Shown piece by piece: positions 1-11,839 of a stretch of DNA of 64,000 nt. How positions within the stretch are numbered: the first letter of the stretch is position 1; each line of letters opens with the position of its first letter. A program made the position numbers and the translations under genes. Below the pieces are notes generated by a model. That model saw nothing but the letters and a program-made list of their open reading frames with translations. It was not told the origin of the DNA and made no database searches. Source of the stretch: Vicugna vicugna (lineage: Eukaryota); contig MU058337.1 of assembly GCA_013265495.1 (NCBI GenBank), positions 5,064,716 through 5,128,715 on the forward strand, in the 5' to 3' direction.

Positions 1-59
1 CTTCTACTGCTGTCTCCTTCCCACTCTGCATTCCAATTTCAGTTTTCTTTTTGTCATTG

Positions 60-445
60 AAGTGGTCTGTCTCTGTTCCTGCCCTAGGGCCTTTGCACAC
101 GGTACTGCCCTCTCCAGGAATATTCTTTACCCTGTTCTAAGGCTAGTTAGCTCATACTGGTATTTTAGATCTCAGCTCAGAGTTTGATATTTTTCCTTAC
201 CAATTCAGGCTTGGTCAGACTTGTTTGTTATATGTTCTCATAGAAATTATTCTTTTTCTTATAGAAATTTGTCTTGCTTTGTAATGACATGATCAATAGT
301 GTAAGCATCCATCTCCCCCACTAAACTGTATGTCCCAAGAGAGGACAGATTATATCATTTTTGCTCATTGTTCTATCTCCAGAGCAAGAATAGTGACTGG
401 CAACTAGTGAAAACTCACTAAATATTTATTGGAGAAACAAATGCA
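60..445 (+). mobile_element. L2 LINE 3' fragment (degenerate)
   Basis: gggcctttgcac... and ...aatagtgactggca...ctcactaaatatttattg resemble the L2 3' terminus. Confidence 0.65.
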
Positions 446-1059
446 AGAATTTTAGACATTATTAAGTACAGAATAATGGAAATCTTTTTCCATATGTTCA
501 CAGTATTCAAATTTTCAAATTTATTATGTAATATCTGGGACAGAATGTTTAGTATTTGTAATTTTATATATATTTTTAACCAACTTTAAATAATATAATT
601 CTTTCCATTTCTTAGTGTCACACTCTCAACTGACAACCTGGAAAGTAAGACAATTTTAACTTGTGAATGCCTGTAAAATTTCAAAATACACCATGACGAT
701 AATTCATTGCTAATTAGACAGTTAAATCCAGAGCAGAACTGAACTTCAGCTATAGGGTCAGCTTCACCTGGTTGGAGTCAGTCAGCCACCAGGCTGACCT
801 CTCCCTCTCCCCAGTCGCTCTTCTTCCCGGAAAGTGTTGCTACTGCCTCTCTTCTCACTTTCCGGACCTCTCTCTTTTCAGACAGGTCCTTTTGTGTCCT
901 TTAGTGTTAACCTTTGAAATTATTGAACAAGTTGCTACCAGAATCTGGGAAATCATGGCCAAAGCAACATCAAAGCAAGACTATCCTCAGGTTTTTATTT
1001 CCGTACTACGCGGGCTTCCTCTGCATGTCACCCCTTCAGTGTCGGTGATTCTCTTAAGA

Positions 1060-1260
1060 AGCTGACCTCTGTTATTCCAGTAAGATGCTCTGTTTCATTC
1101 CACGAGTGTCTCCTCCCGCAGGCTAGCCCAGGCATGCTCTCCTGACGGTGGAGGAGGCAGAGAGAGGGCAAACCCAGTTGTCCAAGTGTTTATCAAGCCT
1201 CTACGCTCTTCACCTTAGTGCACAGTGAGAAGACAAGTCAAATTACAGCTAAAGAGCTTT
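1060..1260 (-). mobile_element. MLT1-type (ERVL-MaLR) LTR fragment
   Basis: ctcctcccgcaggctagcccaggcatg...gcagagagagggcaaacc resembles the antisense MLT1 core. Confidence 0.45.
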
Positions 1261-1374
1261 GATCTGATCTGAGGAGGGCCATTTTTATAATTGATCACAT
1301 ATCTCAAAAAGTACATCTCTTCAGTTGAATGATGAGTAGGAATAATTAAATTATTTATCTTGACAATAATTAAT

Positions 1375-1570
1375 GTTCTTGGGCAAGTTACTTAACCCTT
1401 CTGGGCTCAGTTTCTTCATTTCTAAAATGGGGATAATAATGGTACCAATCTCAATGGATTATCGTGAGGAATAATTCGTTGATTATGTAAATGTGTAGAA
1501 CAGTGGTGGGTACAAAAGTGTGCACAATTTAAGTTTTAGCTGTAGCTATTAAACTATTACTATTATTATT
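1375..1570 (+). mobile_element. MIR SINE
   Basis: Core ttgggcaagttacttaacccttctgggctcagtttcttcatttctaaaatggggataataat with a (TAT)n tail. Confidence 0.85.
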
Positions 1571-1994
1571 TTGAGGCATTCACTCTTAAGCACTGGCAAA
1601 TTGTGAGAATGTTATATGGCTGTATTAATACATTCTTAAGCATATTTATTTTGTGATTTTTTTGCTAATATTTATAGCACTGATATCATCTGTTCATGTT
1701 AAAGCATTATTATTTTAAGAATTTATACGTGTCTATATTCTAGAGAAAACAGATTTAACATTATAGAACCAGTTGGCACATATTTTAATATTAGTCTTAA
1801 GGTTTCTTATTTAAAGATGTACTGTAATTATTTTATATTTTGTTTCCATTTTCTTGTTTTAATAAATTTTATACTAATCTTAAGAAATGGTAGCAAGCTT
1901 ATGAATAAGGCCAATTTAATTGATATTTACTAAAATTTCATGATCATTTATTTTTTCTGTGTGGTAACAAGAACATATACAAATGCATCCTAAG

Positions 1995-2150
1995 CTCTCA
2001 TCCTAAACATACAAATAACCTGGGGTCTTATTAAGATGCAAATTCTGATTCTGTAGGTCAGCTACCAGGACTGGAAATCTGCATCTCTAACAAGTTCCCA
2101 GGTGGAGGAAGTTGCTATAGATCCCTGAATACCACATATAAAGTAGCAAT
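1995..2150. mobile_element. MER5A-like hAT-Charlie MITE
   Basis: cctgggg...ttaagatgcaaattctgattctgtaggtc...atctgcatctctaacaagttcccaggtg...accac...agtagca. Confidence 0.7.
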
Positions 2151-3897
2151 GACAGACATATATATAATTCTAGACATACGTTTAATGTATATTAAAATAT
2201 ATGAAGTACATACTTGTATTAAATACATAAAATAATTAAATTATTTAATATTGAATCATTATAATAAATAAAAGGTGTTCTTGCCACAATTTTTTAAAAA
2301 CATAAGTCATAAAAATAAAATACATATTAAATATAAAATAATACTTTAAAAATACAATATTTAGTTAATGAAATACTATATCTAAAAAATATATATGTCA
2401 GACACCACTAAATGTCAAATAATATCTTTACTGGAAAAAAGAAAGCCTTTATTTACAATTTTGTTTCCACAGAAGCTACTTTAGTAACAGCTTCTGGCCC
2501 TTTAAGTATATGTACTTGTGGAGACTGCTTTGTTGGTAGGAATATATTTAAAATCACTAGTCCTATAATTAAACAAAAGCTGCCTTTTAAACATTTAAAT
2601 AATTATGCTTTAGTTTGAAGTAATTTTTTTCTCCCCGTGGACATTAGTCACAACCCAACATTATATATATTTGATTATGTAGAATTTCAGATAAATAAAA
2701 TGCATCCGTCAACTAAATTTTCTGCTTTTGAGCATTAACTACAAATTCTTTTTCATTTCCAAATTCATGGCTAAAATCTTCCAAAAGGTCAGACTATTCT
2801 TCCCTTTGTATGTAATCTTAAGAGTGTTCTGCAATTCTCTTTAAAGAACTGGGTGATATCAGACGAGTAGCATTAAAGGATATTTTTTATTTTAAAATTG
2901 TAGAAGATGAAAGAGATTAGGATAAATCTCTGCAGACTTCATGATAAACTCTTGTAGACTACATCTCCACAAAGTAGAAAGAGAAGGAAAAACTAACTGA
3001 GAATACAGGCTAAATGGATCATTGAGATTTCCATATAAAGGTATGTCTAAGTTGAAACCCGTTAAGAATAAAAAACTGCTACCCTGTTCATGATAATAAC
3101 TAATATTTGAGTTGTACTTTTTAATTCAATTTTTAGATTCTAAATTCAGCCATAGATTATAAATATAGCTACAGTTTAGAATTCAATTTATAGCTTACAA
3201 TAATTTCCCACCCCTCTTATTTGATATTTGCAAGAAACCTTTCTGATTTGTTATTTTTCAAGTAAGAACTTTGAACCTGAGGCTCGCTCCTCCTCTCAGT
3301 TTAAGTCTAGGGGAAAATAATCACAAGAAGTCCAGGGGCAGGGCCATTGCTAGGCTGTTTATGGGAGGGGACTGAGTTTTTGATTACAGAATATAGATTA
3401 GAATAATAGAATATTAATAGCTATTATTTACTGTGCATTTATTACATGCTACTTGCTACCCTGTGTCTAATATCATTTCTCTATTCTCTCTTTTTAATCT
3501 ATTTTGGAATTGCCTTGTATTCTGATAAATGCTAGAAATTTGTCTGCAATGTTTCTTTTTATATTCCCCCTTCAAAATAATGGTGGTGCTAGGCAAACCT
3601 GTAGTTATTAAACAAATGTAGTTTTCATGTAGTCATAGGTAACCACAAAGGCGAGGCCGCAACACCATGGAATCTGTGGATTGGCACTTACGTACTCTTA
3701 CAGGAAGCCCGGGCTCGTAACACATCATAAAGGCTTGTCCAGGGATGCAACTCTGATGAAAATTCTGATTCAGATTGTATGCATTTGGATACACGAAGAT
3801 AAGTGCAATCCAAGTTTAGTTTGGGAGCATTTGATACTAGATTAACAAGCCCTCCCTCAATCCCCTGGGTTGGAAAGTCCTCAAAATTTACTTTAGA

Positions 3898-4034
3898 TCG
3901 AGGTTGGCGGAATTTTTAATCAAAAGACCATACAGTAAACATTGCAGCTTCTCAGAAGGCTGGACAATCTCAACAACTCACCTCTGGACCTTGTAGCGTG
4001 AACTTGGCCGGGGACTGTAGGTGGCTGACCACTG
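3898..4034. mobile_element. MER58A-like hAT-Charlie MITE, internally deleted
   Basis: gaggttggc...agtaaacatt...caactcacctctg...ttgtagcgtgaa...gctgaccactg. Confidence 0.55.
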
Positions 4035-4688
4035 GGTGAGATTTCCAAGGTCACTGTTAGTTAGTAGGTTATGACTCTGCTGAGCTATCCGGGTTTATGG
4101 CTCGTTCATTGGTTACAAATTATGAAACATGGACCCTCTCTTCCCTCCACCCCCTCCTTTTCATCCTGAACCCCGAAGCCCAGCCTTGAGCATGCAAATG
4201 GCCCACCGCAGTATTTTCCTCAACAAAGGCGTTCCCCTCCCAAGAGGAATCCTGCTGCTACTGTTAAGATAATGAGTACATCGCAGATGGAGCTTTCATT
4301 TCAAAACAACCACAACATAAAAGGAGATATGAAATTTTTGTTTAATTGTTGCGTTTTTCTGTTCTGTGATTTGACGATTTCGTTTGGCAAGGCTACAAAT
4401 TAATATTTAAGCTTCTGCTGGAACTCAACTGTTGTTGATTTAGTTGTGGTGGTGTTGGTGGCTCTAAATATAGGCAGGCAAGAGGAGAAAAAGACACATC
4501 AAACTCCTTATCTATTCCATTTTGGCAGTTCCGAGGCGTTTATAGTTGAGCTTAAATTTAAATAAGTATTCTCATGTTATCCCTGCCAGTTTTAGAATAT
4601 GTCACTGGCGCAATCATGGTATTACTCAAATGTATAAAAACCAACAATTAAGTTAGGGCTGGGCTGATAAGCCACCTGGGGACTTTGC

Positions 4689-4895
4689 TTTTTCTTTTTT
4701 TTTTTTAATTGAAGTATTGTTGATTTACAATGTTGTGTTAGTTTCTAGCGGACAGACTAGTGATTCAGTTATACATATATATATATTCTTTTTCTTTGTA
4801 GGTTATGACAAGCTATTGAATGTAGTTCCCTGTGCTACACAGTAGGACTTTGTTCTCTATCTATTTTATATGCAGTAGTTTGTATCTGTTAATCC
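4689..4895 (-). mobile_element. Lineage-specific L1 3' end, 5'-truncated
   Basis: Poly(T) followed by aattgaagtattgttgatttacaatgttgtgttagtttc...gtagttccctgtgctacacagtagg; near-identical to the copies at 21.7 kb and 52.5 kb. Confidence 0.85.
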
Positions 4896-6324
4896 TGGAC
4901 CTTCTTTCTTTAGTACTTCTTTTTTTTTTTTTTTCTTTAGTACTTCTCTTGTCACTCTGCATCGGAGGTCTCAAAGTGATCCACGGGTCCATCTCAGACC
5001 CTTGGCCCATGCTGTATTGAAAAACAAAACAAGAACAAAGAAATAGTTGCCACCATAAAAAGGAGATTTTTCTCCAAAACCTGGATTTTTTACTTCCTTT
5101 GAAAAACCAGACCTTATAAAGATCTGTTTTCTCTTTTCCATGAGAACCATCATCCTTTCTACCATTCTCTCTGGCTCCTCAAGTCTGAGCCTGAGGTAGA
5201 GGAATCTATCCTCACGCAGTGCAGGGTGCTCTGGTTGTGCCAGCTTGCTTCACTCTTGTAACTGCCTGTTCAGTTTAGGCATTTGAGTTTGTGGTCCCGG
5301 CTGTGGCCATGATCCCTGGGGAATCCCATCATTTCTAATCCCACCTATTCCCTCCCTTGCTCCGTCTAAAGCGTACAGAACTGGGACTGTGGCCATCATA
5401 CGTTACTATCAAGAGCATTTTGTGCTCGTGTTGTGTGTTATGTTTTGTTTATTTGGTCAATATCACTTTTTCCTTGCAAGGAAGTACCTTTTAGAATTTA
5501 GTGCCAAGAAAAAGGAAAGATTTTCTCTCTTCGGTAATTTTTATAACATACAGCCTTTCTTTTTTTGCCTTGGCTCCTAGGAAGTTCAGAAATCAATTTA
5601 ATAACATGTCATAATTCTGGTGATGTTTCTCCCCTTACTTTGTGTGTCGTTGATTATTAAATTAATATTAATTACTTACATGAATACATAACTGCACAAG
5701 CAGATTTCAAGTCCATTTTGCAAGAGATTAGGCTTCAACATATCAATATGTAAGCATTATTAACTTCTCAAACCATCCTCCACATGCACAACAGATTTAT
5801 AAAACACTAGTCAGTCAATTATTCCCTTGCTTATGCGAGAACTCTGCATGTCTGCCTCTCGCTTATAAGTCTAACCAGTTTATCAGCGTGTCTGAGACCC
5901 TTTATCACATTCTCCAAGCTGCCGCATTGTTCTGCACTTCTGCCCCTACAGAGCCTCAGTGAGGGAATAATTGTAGTTTCCCCAGTGTACCAAGGCATTG
6001 GCTATCTCTCATCCTTCACAGTACCATTTGCCCCACCTATAGTTGGTCTAGTATTTGGAAGGTAAGTTTGCCACAGCAAATATTGCATTGTAATGTCATT
6101 TTTCTAAGCACATGCATTTTTATAAGATTCTTCCAAGAAGAATCTTGTTCGTTTTGAATGTGTTCATGTTGCTAGATCTGATGCCAAGCTTGGTATCTGA
6201 CATAAACTCGTGCTCATTGACTAATCGTTAAGCTGAATTTTGGTTGGCTGAAGTGTTGATAGACTTGAAATAACTGATACAGGGTTATTTTTGACTGTAA
6301 ATAATGGGGAATTTTTTTTAGAAT

Positions 6325-6560
6325 AAATACTGAGTTTTTAACTATGTGTCAGGTCCTCTTCTAAATATGTGACATGTATTAATTCACTTAATTCTCCCAA
6401 CCACCCTATTATCCTATGACTTTTGTACCAGTTTTAGAGATGAGGAAACTGAAGCCCAGAGATTAAGTGATTTTCCCAAGGACACACAGCTAGTAAGGAG
6501 TGGGGTCAGGGTTGAACCCCGCAGGTCTGATTCCACAGATGTGTTTGTAGTCACTCTACT
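6325..6560 (-). mobile_element. MIR SINE, near full length
   Basis: ttttagagatgaggaaactgaagcccagagattaagtgattttcccaaggacacacagctagtaag. Confidence 0.88.
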
Positions 6561-9234
6561 CCTCCGCCTCCCATTTGCATATTGAAAGTATCTTTGTCCC
6601 TTATGACAGCGAAACGTTGTAGCCAGTCTCAACTTTCCTTAGTCCTGTCAGTTCTCCTAGGAATGGTAGGGTTATTTGGACTCCAATATTTGACGAGCAG
6701 AGCATATTCTTGAAAAGTCCAGAGAAGTCTAGCAAAAAGCATTAGACAGAAGTAGCTTTGACTGTAGTGTGCATGCGTATGAGTATGTGTATGCAAATTA
6801 ATTATTTAACCAAGACTAAAGAAGTACCAACCAGTGTTTGCCATCACGATCACCTGAAGGCAGTGGCTCTCACTGTGGGAGACAGAGCCACCTATCTGTG
6901 AAGTCACTGGCACAGCTCACAGAAAGGGGCTGTGTTATTGACATCCTTAGAGCCCTAAGATGCAAACATTTTATCTGAAAAGACGTAGCGTTAGAGGTAT
7001 ACTCAGCTATACTCTGAGAATAAATGACTTCTTCCACACCAAGGGTCTTCATCTCTTTCATATTCAACTCAGTCATTTTAGAGCAGAGACAGCACACTTC
7101 TCAGTTGCTGATGGTAACTCACGCAGCGTCCGCCGTGTTTCCGGCATTACGGCCGTGGGGATCAGACGGACATAAGGAAAGGCTGACTCCCCTGGGAACC
7201 TGCATTCCCACAGCTGGAGGCCTTCCTGTCTTGAGAGTAAGGTCTGTGATCCTCTCAATAAGGTAAAGGTAAACTCTGGGCAGAGACCAGAAATCCTAGC
7301 AGGCAGAACCAGCTTCTCTGCCCTGAGTGACCTGCTGGGTCAGCTTTTCCCAAACCCAGTCCCCGCTGGTTCCAGGACAGGTTTTAACCAATAAATAATA
7401 CACTTGGATGCCTTGGCCTATCTCAATACAAAGACGAATGACCTGTCAAAGTCTGATCTGCTTGTTCTAGAAGGTACTGTTCAGCCAATATGTTATATTT
7501 ATTAGTCTTTTGAGCACAAGCCAGATTTACAGCTTTCCATTTTCTTCTTCTCACCACACAAATGTGTGAACATGAACCCTTTTATCAGTCTCTTCTCTGA
7601 GGCATGGCCTGGAGACTGACTCACCGAGACCATCATTTATTAGTGAGAGAACTGATCGGAGGATATTTGGAGAAACAGAATTAGTGGAAGATCAGAACAT
7701 CTATTAGGATGGCATCTTAGTCAAACCTGAGGTGGCATCATCTGGAAGAAATGAAGGTCTACATAAACCCCCTTGGGAGGGGGCTCACCCTGTCTTTTGG
7801 CTATGTTAATCTCATCAAATTAATCACCGAGCTACCATCTTTGTCAGGAAAAGATTCTGCGATTAACAAAACCTGTTCCCTTTGGAAAACAATTAGCTTT
7901 CAGTGAATTAAAGTTATGGGACACTCAATGAATTGTCTCCTGCAAGAGACACTATTTGATAATTGACACTCTCATGGGAAATACCGAAAGAACATTTCCA
8001 TAGGCAATAATGTCACATTCTCTATTATGGTTAGCATAACTTTAACTCTTAAGAAATTTTATTTTTTAGACCCTAAAGGATGTGTTTTTCAGAATGTATA
8101 TAGAAAATAACTTTTTAAAAGAAAAAATGAGAGTTACTATTTTCTGCAGTCATAAAAATCTATTAAGGTGAAAAAATTTTTAAGTATGTGATATTTTTTA
8201 AAGCAATGACAATAAAGTTCTGTTTGACATCAGTATTTCTTAAATATGGAATAGCCGTGTTGAGCATATTTAAAATAGCCACAAAAACCAGTTAAGTGAT
8301 TTTCATGGTCTGTACCTAGGAAGATTGGTTTTTTTTAATTATTTGTAATAGAGTTCTATCAGAAATGCCTTTGTGAGTTAAATGTTAGAAGTATGCAAAA
8401 CTCATCCACCAGTACTTGTGTTATTAGTGATAATCGTAAAGTAGCAAGCTGTGTGTTATTCATCCATCAGTACAGTTCATGGCATTGAGAATCATAGTGT
8501 TTAACTCACAGTACTCTTTCCAGAAATGCTGGGTGGGTTTTAGTCAAGCCAGCTGTTGATGTTTCTCTTCAAGAGTTCCAGGGAGGGCCCCAAACCATGG
8601 ACTTCGATCGTTATTTTTGGCTCCTGTCACTCTGAGCAGCTAACATGACACTGGGCCTCAGCTCCAGGGTCTAGTTTGTGTGCCAGCTGATTGTCATGAT
8701 GCTAGTCTGAGGTATCAGTTGGTCTCTTTGTAGGTACAATGTATCACCCTGGAATATCAGTGAGCCAGTGAACACCTGGCAACTCTTAAGGTTTCACGCA
8801 ATCATTCCTTTGGAAATACTGTAAATAGGTTAGCAAATAGCTTAAATGTGTATTTAATTTTTGTTCAGTTTATTGTGGACAGAGGAGGCTACTTTATTGT
8901 GCTGTTTCTGGTTATCCCCTGGTTGAACTGTATTCTGTTCAAGTGAAACTATTTTGAGTTTGCGCGTGTCTTCTATTTTCTAATTAAAAGACATCCATAC
9001 ATTTGGACATATATATATATCTATTCCCCAAAGTAGCCCTGTCTTCTCTATTCACTGTACGCTGATAGAAGTGAATGGACAATTAGCGCCTGCAGGAAGA
9101 GGTCCTTCCGGTCATCCCTGCCCAAGGGCTGACTCGTCGGCCGTGGTTGGCAAGTTTCTGGAAGAATGAAGAGGAGGCACCAGGAATCTTGCATTCTTCC
9201 CTCTAACTTTCATTTCTTCCTTTTCTCCCCACAG

Positions 9235-9433
9235 GAACTTTTTACCCCTGAATGCAAGTTCAAAGAATCTGTTTTTGAAAACTATTATGTAATCTACTCA
9301 TCTATGCTGTACAGACAACAGGAATCTGGTAGAGCCTGGTTTTTGGGATTGAATAAGGAAGGGCAGGTTATGAAAGGAAACAGAGTAAAGAAAACCAAAC
9401 CAGCAGCCCATTTTCTACCGAAGCCATTGGAAG
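9235..9433 (+). CDS. FGF14: Fibroblast growth factor 14 (FHF4), penultimate coding exon (exon 4), 199 bp
   Basis: Translates [66 protein letters not shown], the FHF beta-trefoil core. Acceptor is a polypyrimidine tract plus cag at 9232-9234; donor is G|gtgagt at 9434. Confidence 0.98.
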
Positions 9434-9614
9434 GTGAGTGTCGTGGATGCATCGTTCCTATCAGAGCTCTCACACATTTATTTTTCACACTGACGACTCT
9501 ACCGTGGCCACAAAGATCCTTCATGGGATGGTGGAAATGCTCTTTATCTTGATCTGCTGGGTGATCCCACAGGTACCTACTTAAATTGTGCATTTAAGAT
9601 CTGTATGCTTTACT

Positions 9615-9710
9615 GTATATATGTATATGTGTGTATGTTCTCTCTCTCTGTCTCTCTTTCTCTCTCTCTCTCTCTATATATATATACACACACACATACA
9701 TATATATATT
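9615..9710. repeat. Compound microsatellite (TA/TG)(TC)n(TA)n(CA)n in FGF14 last intron
   Basis: Directly visible dinucleotide runs. Confidence 0.9.
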
Positions 9711-11702
9711 CCATTAATTTAAAAATACCAGAAAAACTCCCTCTCTACTCATTCTAATGGCTCAGCTCCTCACTGTCCCAACCTCTCTAGCCCCTAAATA
9801 ATTTTAATTAATTAAAAAATGTTGAATCTGTGATGACATTACAAACCTGCAACCGTGACAATAGATATATAAGAAAAACCAAGTTTTGAATATTACGGAT
9901 TTTTAAAGTATTTTTTCACTTTGCTGTTATCGGCTGAAAGTAACCATGTGCTTGTAACTTAGCATAATTACAGGAAATGAAGAGTTAATAAGTTAGTCTT
10001 TAAAGAACTTGTTGACGTTAGATAGCTCCCTTCCAGACTGCATAATTGTTTAGTAAATTCAAATGTGGTTCTTCGTTCTTTTACGTTTACCTAAAAACAC
10101 TGAAGCCTTCACGTTTCCTTTGATCAGATTTCCAGAGAGGAGGCTGAGACTCTAAAGATGTGGTGGGACAATATAACTCTCTATTTTAAGCATATACTGA
10201 ACTGTTGTGTGTCTGTGTGTTTGTTGTGTGCTTATGTATATGTGAAGAAGAGAAAGTATTTCAAGTAATTAGTAGACAGAAGCACTCTAAAAACAGTTGC
10301 GGGGTAGTATAAAGACAGAGGTTATCACATAGTGTAATTGGTAGAGGAAAATTAATTGCGAAGTTTCCAAACTCATACAGGATGTAAATTACATCATTGG
10401 ATGTGTTAAGGCAAATTTGATTCTTGATTGATTACTGATGCTCTGGGCATTTGTATTTCTTAACACAACTTCATGTCTTAGACACTCAGGGGTAACAGTG
10501 TGAGGCTGTTTTCTCCTAACTGAACGACTAGTGGGAGTGAGAGGTTGGAAAGAACTTCAAGGATATGGATGAATCCCTTTCACTACTCGTGAGTCACTTA
10601 CTGTCGGCCCCAGTACATACGCACTTTCAAGTGTGCGTGCTGCTGAGAAATCACGTGATGCATTTGCAAATGGTAAAATCCTACCACCTTGAACGTGCAG
10701 AACGCATATGGTGCTTCCTGCTAGCTAAACAGAAGGTGTCTTCATAAAATATCATAAGCGTTCAAATGCCTAAAAAGGAGACTGAGTAGCTCTAATTCAC
10801 TTATATTTCTGATGGCAGATGATTTTAACGCAGCTAGTTTTCCCCAAGCCTCAGTCCCCTGAAATGCCCTTCCCCAGTATTCCCTAGAATCATTTTCTAA
10901 AAAGCCACATCAAGTATGGTGATTAATTATGTCCCCAGATACAACTCAAGCAACTCCTCAGAGCTCCCTCAGACGTCATTCCCACTTCCCTCTTGCCATC
11001 TGCACCTCTGCCTTATGTGACATCAATTTCGGATTTTTTAATATTATATCTGAAAATAAGGCATAAAGTATAAAACACCCCCCACTTGCCTTCAGTTATG
11101 TAAGGGTCTCTGCATGATTGCAAGAGTGGAAATCTGAGCTCCTGAAGGCTCTGGCTGAAAGACAGCGAGTCCTCTCTCACTGTTCTGTGTGGCTTTGGAG
11201 ATGGCAGTCGTGTTGATTATGCTGTTTTTGCACCGCTTGAGAGAAAAATGATTGAATGACCTAGGAGTGAAAATACTTAGACTGGAAAAGGCGAGTGGGA
11301 ATGAGGGTCCAAGTGTTGACATCAGTGTGCCATGAAAGGGGAGTCGGGGTTTTTCTCTCGGAACAAAGAGAATTAGGTTAAACGCTTCCCATTCTCACCT
11401 CCTTCCTGTGGGGGGCGCGTGCGTGTGGGTGTGTTACATCTTAGCCCACAGAGAGGCCACAGCCCCCAGTGACACCTTCAGTCCTGGACGGAACTTTGTG
11501 CGTATTTCGGACGCACAAAGCAGAGAATGCAAAGCAAGGAACAGCTTGTTTGGGGGCTGCATTTTACTGCTTTCAGACAGGAATTCCCTCCCAGCGGGGA
11601 TACAGCAGGGCAAACAGGACTGGGCGAACCGCTGGGGTCTGGGCGTGAACCTAACCGGCTCCTCTCCTTTCCCCCGCCTCCCTGCCCTCCTCCCATCACT
11701 AG

Positions 11703-11839
11703 TCGCCATGTACCGAGAACCATCTTTGCATGACGTGGGAGAAACGGTCCCGAAGGCCGGGGTGACGCCGAGCAAAAGCACAAGCGCGTCCGCAATCATG
11801 AATGGAGGCAAACCAGTCAACAAAAGTAAGACGACATAG
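11703..11839 (+). CDS. FGF14: FGF14 terminal coding exon (exon 5), 137 bp to TAG
   Basis: Phase-1 join G+TC=Val, then AMYREPSLHDVGETVPKAGVTPSKSTSASAIMNGGKPVNKSKTT*, the FGF14 C-terminus. C-rich tract plus tag acceptor at 11700-11702. Confidence 0.98.

Noticed and set aside
1..9234. FGF14 (GAA)n expansion locus (SCA27B)
   Set aside because: That repeat is in intron 1, while this is the 3' end of intron 3; no long GAA tract was seen.
9166..9552. 128-aa ORF as a standalone gene
   Set aside because: It is FGF14 exon 4 plus intronic read-through; clear splice sites bound the homologous part.
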